The notes: a model not told the origin generated them from the letters alone. DNA of 64,000 nucleotides from an uncultured delta proteobacterium (GCA_963710575.1 CAVQAL010000006.1:317784-381783); one strand, 5' to 3'; numbered from the stretch's first letter, positions 53,638 through 63,850 are shown. Numbers and translations are program-made.

Positions 53638-54741
53638 ATGAAAAATGAAGATAAAGAAAATCAAATTATTAAAAGCGATGCAAGTAAAAGCTCTGAATCT
53701 AACAAAAAGCTTTCTGTTACAGAATATCTCGGGCCTGATTGGAAAGAGTATTTCAAAAAACCTAAGGTACTTATGAGAATTATGAAAGCTGTTACCTGGA
53801 CTAGAAATTTTAAAAACTCTCATCGATTCAATGCAAGGCGGGAAGCAATAACCAAAAAAATGTTTAAAAACAAAAAGACGCATGATTTTGTTTCTGTAGA
53901 CGCAGTAACTGATTTGGGAACCAATCGACAAAGACTGATTGTTATACTTCGGGAAATAAAGACTGGATTGAATGAAAAATGGGTTCTAGACATTACATTA
54001 ACTGCCCCCAAAGCGGTGGATCTTCTTGATGCCTTGTACTGTTCGGAAGAAGACTGTGAAGGAATAGTAATCTTGTATTGTGATGATATTCCAAATATAC
54101 ATGAACCTGAATTTAATATCGAAAAAGAAGCACTATCAGATCTCCTTTCGGAGATGTCCCACATCACAAACAATATATATTCGGTTCTTGTGGATATTGA
54201 TTGCGAATGCGACGAGGTAAACAATATGAACCTCCGCTTCGGTTTAAGATCACCTCAGGGATTAATGTCATATAAAGAACGAAGAAAAATCAATCCTCGC
54301 ATAGAATTAGAGAGCAGTATATGGGACAATTATTACGCGGCATTTATGGCGGAGACAAAAATAAAATGTTATGAAAGTCAATTGATTAGTGATCAGTATC
54401 ATGGATCAATCCCTTTATTAGCAGTGCCAATATGGACGGAGAAAGGACTCTTCATGAGAATAGAAATAATGGAAGTCCAAATAGAAGAGGTCACTCGACT
54501 TGTAATCAAGCATAAAGAAGAACTCGTAAGAGGTTACTCTGGATACAAAATGGAAGTAAAATGGAAATCAGGAATACCTTATCACATTGACATTCAGCTT
54601 CATAATACACCTGTTGCAGATTTTGTTGAAGGCTCAACAAAGGCAAAAATTAATTATGCCTCGGAAATACGCGAACAGCAGTTAAAACTGATGCATCACA
54701 TAGAGGAGATTTTTCAAGACTACACTCCAGAGTCAAAATAG
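53638..54741 (+). CDS. Hypothetical protein
   Basis: 367 aa; SD AGGAGG; no family recognised. Confidence 0.7.
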   Translation: MKNEDKENQIIKSDASKSSESNKKLSVTEYLGPDWKEYFKKPKVLMRIMKAVTWTRNFKNSHRFNARREAITKKMFKNKKTHDFVSVDAVTDLGTNRQRLIVILREIKTGLNEKWVLDITLTAPKAVDLLDALYCSEEDCEGIVILYCDDIPNIHEPEFNIEKEALSDLLSEMSHITNNIYSVLVDIDCECDEVNNMNLRFGLRSPQGLMSYKERRKINPRIELESSIWDNYYAAFMAETKIKCYESQLISDQYHGSIPLLAVPIWTEKGLFMRIEIMEVQIEEVTRLVIKHKEELVRGYSGYKMEVKWKSGIPYHIDIQLHNTPVADFVEGSTKAKINYASEIREQQLKLMHHIEEIFQDYTPESK

Positions 54742-54776
54742 AATTCGGATGTGTTTATAACGGCAGATATATGAAT

Positions 54777-54820
54777 AAAAGAGGCTCATTTTTCTCACCG
54801 GGATTTGAGCCTCTTTTTTT
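54777..54820 (+). terminator. Hairpin A terminator copy
   Basis: AAAAGAGGCTCA...TGAGCCTCTTTTTTT. Confidence 0.8.
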
Positions 54821-54934
54821 ATTCAGTTCAACCGCAAGAAACAATCCCGCACTGATCTGTCCTTCAACCCAGAACAATAATAATGAAGGATAATTTTCCT
54901 TTAAATTCCATATTCCTTAGAAGGAGAGAAAAAG

Positions 54935-55114
54935 ATGAAGACAGCATGTTTTACCAAAGCGTTAACCGTAGCCTTTTCCGAAGAGATTTATTTCAAGATC
55001 AAAGAAATCACCGACGCGAAAAATATTTCCATGGGTGAGTGGGTCAGATTGGCATCAGAAAGGGCATTAGACAACAACGAATATAACAAGTGTATTGAAG
55101 GAGGAAACAAATAA
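54935..55114 (+). CDS. Ribbon-helix-helix (CopG-like) protein, not in the ORF track
   Basis: MKTACFTKALTVAFSEEIYFKIKEITDAKNISMGEWVRLA...; SD AAGGAG; TAATG overlap with the primase start. Confidence 0.7.
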   Translation: MKTACFTKALTVAFSEEIYFKIKEITDAKNISMGEWVRLASERALDNNEYNKCIEGGNK

Positions 55115-57456
55115 TGACATATTATCAATCTAATTTTTCAGAAGAAGAACCAATAAACGTGGCAGCTGCATTTATTCATACTATGTTTAATAGCTCATTA
55201 AATCAAGGGGCGGGTGAAATTGAAATCAGAACTTTTAAACCTATGGCAAAAGGTTATTTTTTCAACTCTTCACATGCCGCGGCCAAATTAGCTATCAATC
55301 TTTGCGCTCAGGGGATTGATGTTTATTTCGGCGTGAATCCCAGAACCGGCCAACAAGGGAAAAAAGAAAATGTTCATTATCTATCTTCCTTTCACGCAGA
55401 GATTGATTACGGCAGTCTTGGCCATAAAAAAGAAACGGAATTTAAAAATTTTAAAGAGGCATTTGATGTAGTTGATGGTTTTTATCTCCACCCATCCATT
55501 ATTATTCATTCCGGTGGTGGCTTCCATTGCTACTGGGTTTTAAAAACTCCATTATGTGTATCAGATTACGGAATAGTCGCATTGGAAAATGTTAACAAAG
55601 CACTGACAAAGGCTCTCAACGGCGATTCTGGCACTCATGATTTATCGCGAGTATTACGTGTTCCAGGAACTTTTAATTTTAAACAACCGGAGAATCCCAG
55701 ACCAGTTGATATCTTTTTGCTGAGTGACCTGACTTACTCACTCGATGATTTCAGTGAATTGGTGGCAACCTTGAAAGAAGAACCAGTGAAAACTAAGGCC
55801 AAAGCTGAGAGACAGCCTGCTTCATTAACTGATGTTAAAGAACCTGCTCAAAACCCAATAAATAATACCATTGATATTGACGCTCTGCCTGTTTCAGAAA
55901 AGATAAAGAATCTTATCAAACACGGTAATGATGGTTCTTATTCAACACGTAGCGAAGCGGATATGGCGGTAATACTATTATTGGTTAGTAAAGGCCTTGG
56001 TGAAAATGAAATCAGGCAGATATTCCAGTCGTATCCCATTGGCGTTAAGTATCGGGAACATTCGTCGCCAGATGATTATTTGAATCATAACATCCAGAAG
56101 GCAAAAGAGATGTCCAATCTGACGGAAGAGGAAATGCAAAACCCGCTGTTTATATCAGGCTCCATTTCCAAGACAGATAAAGGCTATCATTTAAAGAGCC
56201 TGAATTTTGAAGAATACATGGTGAAAAAATATATGATAAAGATTCTCGACCAGGAGGTTGCTTTCTTCAAATACAACGGGAAATGCTATGAACAGTGCAC
56301 GGAAAAAACCCTGAACAATCTTTGTCAAAACGAATTGGCTGCATACAGGCATCTTTTCAGCAAGTCGAATTTGAATGAACTGATTCATTATGCAATCGGA
56401 GATGCTTTGGTCGATAGTGATAATGCAAGAATCAACCAGGTCAAATATCTTACCCTGCAAAACGGTTTATATGATCTTGATGCCGGAGAACTGATTGAAC
56501 ATTCCCGCGATATCTTTACGACTAATCTGCTGCCTTATAATTATGATCCAGCCGCAACATGTCCCCGATTCATTCGGTTTCTCAAGGAAATATTCGAGGA
56601 TAATCAGGAAAAGATAGATTTCGTCCAGGAGGCTGTCGGCTATGCATTTCATAAATCGTTGCCTACTCCAGCAGCATTCTTTCTTGTCGGTGGCGGCAGT
56701 AATGGAAAATCGGTTTTCATCAACACCATTGCCAATCTCATCGGCAGGGAAAACACATCCAATGTCAGCTTCAATGCTTTGTCCAATGAATATTATGTCC
56801 TGGAGCTCTTCCAGAAAATGATCAATATCTCCGGCGAGACTCCTCAAGGGAAATGCATCAATACTGACGCGGTAAAGGCTGCAACTGCCGGAGACTGGAT
56901 TACGGGAAGAGGATTGTATAAGGAGCCCATGAAATTCAGGCCATTTGCCAAGCACTTTCTGGCCATGAATAAACCGCCTGTGATCTCTGACCAATCTCAT
57001 GGGATGTGGAGAAGGATATGGGTATTGAAGTTCAACAGACGCTTTACTGAAGAGGACATGGACCGCCAACTGGAAGAGAAGCTAGTCAGTGAACTCTCCG
57101 GTATTTTCAACTGGGCATTGGAAGGTTACAATAAGCTGAAAGATAAGAAATTTGCCCTAAGCGAATCCGCAACCATGAAGATGTCGAAGCAAGAATATCG
57201 GGATGAAATTAATAGTGACAGCATCAGTTCTTTTGAAAAGAAATATTTTGTGAAATCAAAAGATCCTAAAGATGTTATTGTCTTCAACGAAACGTATGAA
57301 TTTTATAAAGCATACTGCCAACGTGAAGAAAAGACAGACTTACAGGATAAAAACTATTTCAAGAAAATGCTTATTGATATGGGCTATAAAATAAAAAGTT
57401 CCACCAGACATGGCAATAAGGTTTGTATCTTTAATGTAAAGATAAATTTAAAGTAA
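55114..57456 (+). CDS. Phage/plasmid primase-helicase (RepB'-type AEP, helical bundle, D5_N, SF3 helicase; P4 family)
   Basis: DVYFGVNPR, HSGGGFHCYW, RVLRVPGT, RSEAD, LQNG, CPRF, GGGSNGKS, GMWRR. Confidence 0.9.
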   Translation: MTYYQSNFSEEEPINVAAAFIHTMFNSSLNQGAGEIEIRTFKPMAKGYFFNSSHAAAKLAINLCAQGIDVYFGVNPRTGQQGKKENVHYLSSFHAEIDYGSLGHKKETEFKNFKEAFDVVDGFYLHPSIIIHSGGGFHCYWVLKTPLCVSDYGIVALENVNKALTKALNGDSGTHDLSRVLRVPGTFNFKQPENPRPVDIFLLSDLTYSLDDFSELVATLKEEPVKTKAKAERQPASLTDVKEPAQNPINNTIDIDALPVSEKIKNLIKHGNDGSYSTRSEADMAVILLLVSKGLGENEIRQIFQSYPIGVKYREHSSPDDYLNHNIQKAKEMSNLTEEEMQNPLFISGSISKTDKGYHLKSLNFEEYMVKKYMIKILDQEVAFFKYNGKCYEQCTEKTLNNLCQNELAAYRHLFSKSNLNELIHYAIGDALVDSDNARINQVKYLTLQNGLYDLDAGELIEHSRDIFTTNLLPYNYDPAATCPRFIRFLKEIFEDNQEKIDFVQEAVGYAFHKSLPTPAAFFLVGGGSNGKSVFINTIANLIGRENTSNVSFNALSNEYYVLELFQKMINISGETPQGKCINTDAVKAATAGDWITGRGLYKEPMKFRPFAKHFLAMNKPPVISDQSHGMWRRIWVLKFNRRFTEEDMDRQLEEKLVSELSGIFNWALEGYNKLKDKKFALSESATMKMSKQEYRDEINSDSISSFEKKYFVKSKDPKDVIVFNETYEFYKAYCQREEKTDLQDKNYFKKMLIDMGYKIKSSTRHGNKVCIFNVKINLK

Positions 57457-57618
57457 CAATTGTTTATTGGGGATGGGGAATTGATTTCTTTCCCCTCCCC
57501 AAAAGAAGAAGAAATCACTATCAATATTTTATATTGAATAACATATGATTAAGAAAACATTAACAAGTTCGATGCAAGTAAAAATGAAAAACTAAACAGA
57601 TTAAATGGTTCCAGTAAA

Positions 57619-57735
57619 GATTAACAAGATTAACTAGAATATACAACTATTCCCAAAAATAATGAAATAATAATAAATATAATATTTATAAATATACTCT
57701 TATAAAGTTACAGAATTTAGTTAATCTGGTTAATC
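57619..57735. promoter_or_regulatory. Putative replication origin
   Basis: GATTAACAAGATTAACTA / TAGTTAATCTGGTTAATC inverted repeat (17/18) flanking about 80 bp of AT-rich DNA after the primase gene. Confidence 0.55.
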
Positions 57736-58675
57736 CATCCCGAAGATATTCAGTTCATTGGGGAAATAAATTTCTAAATGTAAATTTGTTAATCAAAAGT
57801 TATTCAAGAGTTATTCTATAAATAGAAGTCTTCTCTTTCTTTTGGGAGAGGGAGGAAATAGCCTCTAATAATATATTAAGAAAGGGTATGGTCTGCTGCT
57901 ATTGCTGGTTATATCCATACAGCATCCTCTAATAACTGCCTAAGTCTTCTTAAACAAGAGAACTTCTGTTGCTTATAATAAGGGGAGGGACAATAAAAAA
58001 TGACTCTCGGAACGGTTTGGGGCGTTGATGTTTATGCTGAGTTATAAAAAACGCAGACTCCTGCGTATTTCTGTTCTGGATATATCCCAGCAACACCATC
58101 CCATAACTTCTCTGGCTAACGTGGGAGATAGATCTGTTCTGCCTTATATAAGGAGATGGAGGCAGAAATGACCTTGCCAATTTAACGATAACTGGTTGAA
58201 GCATGCAGGTTTTAAAATGATATTCCTTAGTAGAAGTGTTTATTTGTTGCTTCCTGAACTCCACACATTGCTGTCTCGAAAAAATATTCAACATTACAAA
58301 TGTTAATAAACACCATTCATAATGGCAATAATATAATAAATTTTTTACTTATTGACAAACCGGTTAAGAATCATGTAGGAAATCGTAGTCTTTTACTGTG
58401 GCTTTGATTGTTTTTGATTAGTTTTCCTGTAATTAAATTAAAAAAGGGAATTCGATTCATGTCGTCATCAATTCTATTTAAATTAAATCTCCCCCCATTC
58501 ATTCTTTGTGAATTAAATTTCTCTAAATGTATTAATGCACTTTTTAGATTATGTTCCAAGATTAAGTTCTAATTTCCACCGTACAAATTTATTTTTTGAG
58601 TTACCAGAAACGAATTTCAAGAAGCAATAAAACGAAGTTTCTGTGTGGACTAATAAACGTGAAAAGGAGAAATGG

Positions 58676-60436
58676 ATGAAAAGCATTAAATGTTTGCTGG
58701 GTATTGTATTAATATTTTTTGTGATAGTCTTTCTAACCTCGTGCAGTAGCGGTGGTAGTAGCAGCACTCTACCTACCAGCACCCTGGGCGGTGTTGCGGC
58801 GGTGGGTACTCCGATTGTCGGCGGAAACATCAGCGTTATTTGCACGGCAGGTAACCCTCTCTCCACGACCACAGACACGGGTGGTACTTGGCAAGTCACT
58901 TTCTCCGGAGAAACTTTCCCTTGTGCGGTGGAGGTGAGTGGTGGCACAATCAACGCGGTGGCGAACACGACGAACTACAACTCGATTGCCATCTCCGCAG
59001 GCACCGTGAATGTCACACCGCTCACCGATCTGCTTGTTGCCAATCTGGTGGGTACAACAACCCCCAGCACATGGTTTGCCGGATTAAGCTCAAATCCTGC
59101 ACAGTTGGCCTCTATCACCCAAACCCAAGTGAACACGGCGCTCACCAACTTGAACACCACCCTCCTGAGCGGACTAACCCAGCTTAGTGCCAACAACCCG
59201 ATCACCACGACCTTCACGCCTACTTCTGGGAATGTTAACGACGACATGCTGACTGCACTGTCAACGGCCATGACCAATGCCGGTGTCCCATACACAAATC
59301 TGCTGGGGGATGCATCTACTGCCACACCTATTACAGGCTTCAATACCGCCCTGACGATCGCGTACTCTCATACGCCGACTGGCACGATCACCCAAGCTGA
59401 TCTAACGGGAACATGGGTTATGCATTCCCTGTGGGCAGGCAGCACGAGCAAATGGAACTATGCCACCGGAACGATCGATTCTTCGGGCAATTTAATCGGT
59501 ACGAATTGTCTTGACAGCACAGGAAGCACTACTTGCCCAACAGCAGGACAGGTAGTTTGGACAGTTAATTCAAACGGCGTAATAACTGCAAGTGGCACCG
59601 GAGCAGCACCCAATTTGGCAATGACGATGACAGCGAATAAGAATTTCATCGCAGGAACGTCCAACCACACCGGCAGCAGCTATACAACCAATGCTGGGTT
59701 GCAGATTGTACAAAAAGTAGTGCCAGGAACTACATACAGCAGTGCCGACTTACAGAACAAATCGTTCGTTGTCCATCAGTTAATGACTAGTACCACTGGA
59801 GACCCAGAATGGGTCTATGGGGCGGGAACTACCGACGCGAGTGGTAATGTTACCCTTACCAGTGAGGCCGATTCAAAAGGAGGTGTTAATAATGGCACGG
59901 GACCCCAGGGAAAACTATCGGTGGATAGCAATGGGGTCGTCACTTTAACTGGAAGCGGAAACGGAAACGACGCGTCTTACAACGGATTTCTATCAGCCGA
60001 TAAGAAAACGATTGTGGGAACAGAAACAGAATTAGATGGAGTCACCTTTGACTTGATAATCACCCAAATTACCGGACAGACTTACACTGCAGGCTATTTG
60101 CCCGCCGGAACATGGACCCAGCATTTTATTGCAGACGTCGACTTCACAAACTCCCCCGACTACATGAACACCCCCGACGCTTTCTGGGTTGCTCAAACCC
60201 AAACAATGACCAGCAGCGGCGTCTATACCTATAGCAACGCGACGTCCAGTATGAGCGGTTATACTCCTGATAGCGGGGGCACCGCCTCCATCACTTCATC
60301 AGGCACTGTAACCACGACGGAAATTTCAAAATACAATGGGCAAATGTCGAACGATGGGACATTTTGTGTGGGTACAGCGACGAAGGTAGACAGCGATTCA
60401 AACAACTGGTATTTCCTCATTGTAAACACGCAGTAG
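58676..60436 (+). CDS. Thr/Ser/Gly-rich surface lipoprotein with three beta-rich repeats
   Basis: Lipobox LTSC; repeats begin TQADLTGTW, SSADLQNKS, TAGYLPAGTW. Confidence 0.75.
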   Translation: MKSIKCLLGIVLIFFVIVFLTSCSSGGSSSTLPTSTLGGVAAVGTPIVGGNISVICTAGNPLSTTTDTGGTWQVTFSGETFPCAVEVSGGTINAVANTTNYNSIAISAGTVNVTPLTDLLVANLVGTTTPSTWFAGLSSNPAQLASITQTQVNTALTNLNTTLLSGLTQLSANNPITTTFTPTSGNVNDDMLTALSTAMTNAGVPYTNLLGDASTATPITGFNTALTIAYSHTPTGTITQADLTGTWVMHSLWAGSTSKWNYATGTIDSSGNLIGTNCLDSTGSTTCPTAGQVVWTVNSNGVITASGTGAAPNLAMTMTANKNFIAGTSNHTGSSYTTNAGLQIVQKVVPGTTYSSADLQNKSFVVHQLMTSTTGDPEWVYGAGTTDASGNVTLTSEADSKGGVNNGTGPQGKLSVDSNGVVTLTGSGNGNDASYNGFLSADKKTIVGTETELDGVTFDLIITQITGQTYTAGYLPAGTWTQHFIADVDFTNSPDYMNTPDAFWVAQTQTMTSSGVYTYSNATSSMSGYTPDSGGTASITSSGTVTTTEISKYNGQMSNDGTFCVGTATKVDSDSNNWYFLIVNTQ

Positions 60437-61034
60437 AAAAACCATATAGGTGTTAAAACCCTGCCCCCTGCGGGGGCGGGGCATATAAATAAAAATTAAA
60501 GGATATTAGGTTTTAAAAATATCTTCAATTTGAAGCTTCCAGCCGTTTATTGGTTTCATTTAATTTTTCCGGGGGACTACACGGCCACCGCCGCTGACGC
60601 GGTGTCGTACACTCTTTGAATTCGTAATCTTCAGTTTTTCCGGTTTTATAAATCTATTTGTTTGTAGGTGTAACAAATTCCCGCCACACAAGCATTTTAA
60701 CAATTTAACCTCAACGAATATCAGTTGAAAGAGAGCATATCCGCATTAATTGGTTTCATTAGCCCCAATTACTAACTGCAAAGATTCTCAAACTATAAAA
60801 ATCACCACTGCAACCAATTAATCTCATTCCTTGATTCATGGCCAAAATCAGCCGTTCTTGGTTTTTATAACAAATTATCTTTATCACATCAGTTTGTTTC
60901 CAAAGCGCACCCCAATGCGTTTTATAGTTATCCATTCTCAGAAACAAACTGACTACTCATCTCAAAATTTTCTAGAACAAATAAATATAGGAATAAGAAA
61001 TTTATAAAATCATTTTAGGAAAGGAGGAAAGATT

Positions 61035-61220
61035 ATGAAACAAAAACTTTTTACCAGACCAATCTCTGTGGTGCTGTCCATTGAGATGTTCGATCAAATC
61101 AAAGCTGTAACAGACCAGGGGAATATTGGGTTCTCTGATTATATCAGGGATGCATTACAAGAAAAGTTAAACAGGAAAAAAACAATTATTAAAAAGGAGA
61201 AAAGATATGAAACAGAATGA
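61035..61220 (+). CDS. Ribbon-helix-helix protein, paralog of 54935
   Basis: FTRPISVVL....FDQIKAVTD..NI.FSDYIRDA; SD AAGGAGG. Confidence 0.7.
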   Translation: MKQKLFTRPISVVLSIEMFDQIKAVTDQGNIGFSDYIRDALQEKLNRKKTIIKKEKRYETE

Positions 61221-61368
61221 TATTTATGAAACCGCAGAATTATTCTCTGCTGCTGATGTTGAAGTATATCTCAAGTATGGCTGGATTTTGTTGGACGTAA
61301 AAACGGGCAATGATTCTTGTCCATCCATATTTGTAATGGGAAAGGTAAAAAAGGAGAAACAACCATGA
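61207..61368 (+). CDS. Small hypothetical protein (53 aa), not in the ORF track
   Basis: SD AAAGGAG; MKQNDIYETAEL...YLKYGWILLD; overlaps both neighbours. Confidence 0.5.
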   Translation: MKQNDIYETAELFSAADVEVYLKYGWILLDVKTGNDSCPSIFVMGKVKKEKQP

Positions 61369-61430
61369 GAAAAAGAACATTACATACATCGGTAAACCTA
61401 TTGATAGAGCCTAATAAGGAGGAATAGACT

Positions 61431-62339
61431 ATGCAGACAGATAATTTAAACCAGATGATTCAACCAGACTTAGAACAATACACACAATTCATTGACATTG
61501 ATCATTCATTACCCGATGAGACAATTAATCATGTTGATGGTAATTCAAAAACCCAGGTTATTCCCCAGGTCAGCACCACAGAAATACTTGCCGGCAATTA
61601 TGAACCTGAATCCGAGGAAGCACTTATAGCGTATGCAACAAATATACATACCCATGTGCAGACTTTTTCAATCAGCGGCTATTGGGAAATAGGCAGATCC
61701 ATCAATGCATTTTACAAAGGGAAATATGGGACAAATGAACTGGAAAGAATTGCCCAGGCAACAGGCATAGGTCGGGATACTCTGGTCAAATCCTGCAGGT
61801 TTGCAAGACAATATTCAAAAGAACACGTTGAAATACTTTTGAAGGGAAATTTTGTCATGTCATGGAGTCATATTGCAAGAAACCTGACGATAGAACCTCA
61901 AAAGGTTATAGAGGCGTATCAACAATCTCCTGGCTGCGAACAATTTAATTATGACATAATTAAATTGAAAAACCCATCAGAGGCAAGAGGCAAGAACAAG
62001 ATGAATTCTGCAAAGCCGGCAGCCGATGTTGACACTTCCTTATCATTTCAAGAACCAAGTGATCTCGCTGATGCTGCAAAAATGGTGTTGAATAATGAAA
62101 GGTCTGAGAAGGAAATAAAAGATCTGCGGGAAGAAAATGATACACTCCGCAAAGAACTGGATCATACAAAGTATCAGTTAAATGAAATGAACAGCCTCTT
62201 TCACGATGCAGCCATCGACATCACCAAAAAAAGTGATTTGATTGATAGGCTAAGAGCCACGCTGAATCAAGTTCATGATATGGTTCAAAATGGTTGCCAT
62301 CACGAAAACATATTGGAGCAAGTGGTATGGCGGATATGA
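61431..62339 (+). CDS. DUF1016 N-terminal-like domain plus coiled coil
   Basis: YWEIGRSI...YG...LERIA...FARQY...MSWSH; no nuclease domain recognised. Confidence 0.6.
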   Translation: MQTDNLNQMIQPDLEQYTQFIDIDHSLPDETINHVDGNSKTQVIPQVSTTEILAGNYEPESEEALIAYATNIHTHVQTFSISGYWEIGRSINAFYKGKYGTNELERIAQATGIGRDTLVKSCRFARQYSKEHVEILLKGNFVMSWSHIARNLTIEPQKVIEAYQQSPGCEQFNYDIIKLKNPSEARGKNKMNSAKPAADVDTSLSFQEPSDLADAAKMVLNNERSEKEIKDLREENDTLRKELDHTKYQLNEMNSLFHDAAIDITKKSDLIDRLRATLNQVHDMVQNGCHHENILEQVVWRI

Positions 62340-62690
62340 TAGGGCATGCTTGGAAAATATCACATTAAACCTTCCTGCTTCTTCTTAATCAATATGCTGG
62401 ATTTAAAAAAGCGCAGACTCCTGCGTATTTTTCAATTGAAAAGTTTCCGGGACTATCTGTTTTAGGTTTTTATCAGGTTAGAATCATTCCAATATTGAGG
62501 CCGATTTTCGCTTTGCTGAGTTTATACCATGAGTGATAAACTGGCTTGAAAAGGTTATGGAATGAGTGGGTTATTTAGTTCACTTATCAACGAGTTTCTA
62601 TTTGTGATTAAGGTGAAGATTACCATTTGATCTTATCAATGCAGAGCCACTCTCTAAATTCAACGACTGTGACACTTAGGCGTTAGACCT

Positions 62691-63002
62691 CTACGATGCC
62701 CGCAGGTTTTGCTGGAGTCGTTCAATAAGATCACGAATGGCTCTTGCGTCGTCTTTACGATGCCCATGGCTCACAATGGGGTTGCTTCCTCCCGCCGAAT
62801 CAATTCGGATGTTGGACCATATTAAACCCGTTTGGATATTGACCGAAGCCACTTTAGGGATTGCAATGCTTTCTTCATTGGAACCAAAGAGTCGCGGTTT
62901 AATCCGCGTAACCCGGTTTTGATTTACTTCAATACGCACGGGGAAAAGCCGGTTTCCCGAAGTCAACCGACTGGCGGTGAATACACGGTTGTCGTCAGGC
63001 AT
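62691..63002 (-). CDS. Bacterial PH-domain protein
   Basis: FTASRLTSGNRLFP..I, EESI.I.KVASV.I.TGL; SD AAGGAGG. Confidence 0.65.
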   Translation of the reverse strand: MPDDNRVFTASRLTSGNRLFPVRIEVNQNRVTRIKPRLFGSNEESIAIPKVASVNIQTGLIWSNIRIDSAGGSNPIVSHGHRKDDARAIRDLIERLQQNLRAS

Positions 63003-63017
63003 TGTTCCCTCCTTCAG

Positions 63018-63488
63018 TTAACATAGACGATTGAATCTATTTTTATCATATATTTCTATTCGACAATCAAAACATCTGATCCCGCCAAGAACATTTAAAA
63101 GTTCTTGGTCCATTTCTGTCAAAAACAATTTTCTTCCGTGGAGTTCATTATTACCCTTGTCTATAATATTATCATCTTGATCAACAAAAAACTGATAGGC
63201 TATTATTTTGCCCGCTCGTTGTTCTGCAAGAAGAAAGATGCCTTTAACATAACCAGCCTTAGGTCGAAACTGTACGAAGTACTTGATCATATCTTCATAA
63301 GTGAACCTGTCATACTTCATTTCATCCGGTAACAAAAAATCATTTAATTTTTTGTAAATTAAGTCTGCTGCTTTTTTTACATCTCCAACTATATCTGAAC
63401 TCTGCAGATCACTATGCAAAGACTTTACTTGGTCAACAGTATCAATACCTTTCCTCACTAAGCCTAACAAATTACTGATATTTAACAT
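63018..63488 (-). CDS. Hypothetical protein (probable frameshift near the C-terminus at ~63082)
   Basis: SD AGGAG; an alternate frame gives the tail GGSDVLIVE-stop. Confidence 0.6.
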   Translation of the reverse strand: MLNISNLLGLVRKGIDTVDQVKSLHSDLQSSDIVGDVKKAADLIYKKLNDFLLPDEMKYDRFTYEDMIKYFVQFRPKAGYVKGIFLLAEQRAGKIIAYQFFVDQDDNIIDKGNNELHGRKLFLTEMDQELLNVLGGIRCFDCRIEIYDKNRFNRLC

Positions 63489-63524
63489 ACCATTCTCCTA
63501 TAGTATCAGTTTCCATTATCTTAC

Positions 63525-63821
63525 TTATGACGTTAATACAATTTCCCTGCCAGCTAGCGTTTTTTCTACTTTGTCTTCAAGTTTTTTCGCATCATAGCCT
63601 TGACTACTGGTAACAGTATCGGCTGCCTTATTGAGTATTCCCTGTAATACCTTGACATTTCCCTCTACCATCTTTCTTTGATAAATGAAGCCAACCTCGC
63701 TCTTGGTTGCCTGAATATTCTTCTGTCGAAACCAATCTTTAAGTGTATCAAGAGTTAACATCGCAATAGCAATGAATGATGCAACAGCAAAAGCTATCAA
63801 AGCTAATGTTAATGGGTCCAT
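63525..63821 (-). CDS. Small TM-anchored hypothetical protein
   Basis: 98 aa; hydrophobic N-terminus; SD GAGG. Confidence 0.65.
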   Translation of the reverse strand: MDPLTLALIAFAVASFIAIAMLTLDTLKDWFRQKNIQATKSEVGFIYQRKMVEGNVKVLQGILNKAADTVTSSQGYDAKKLEDKVEKTLAGREIVLTS

Positions 63822-63850
63822 AGTATTATCCTCACATTATGATATTTATT

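Noticed and set aside
49381-54820. Island repeats as a CRISPR array
   Set aside because: Spacing is irregular and kilobase-scale, the repeats enclose whole genes, and no cas genes are present
62658-62688. attC after the PH-domain gene (minus-strand GTCTAAC just after the stop)
   Set aside because: The nearest matching GTTRRRY is under 20 nt away and there are no internal L boxes
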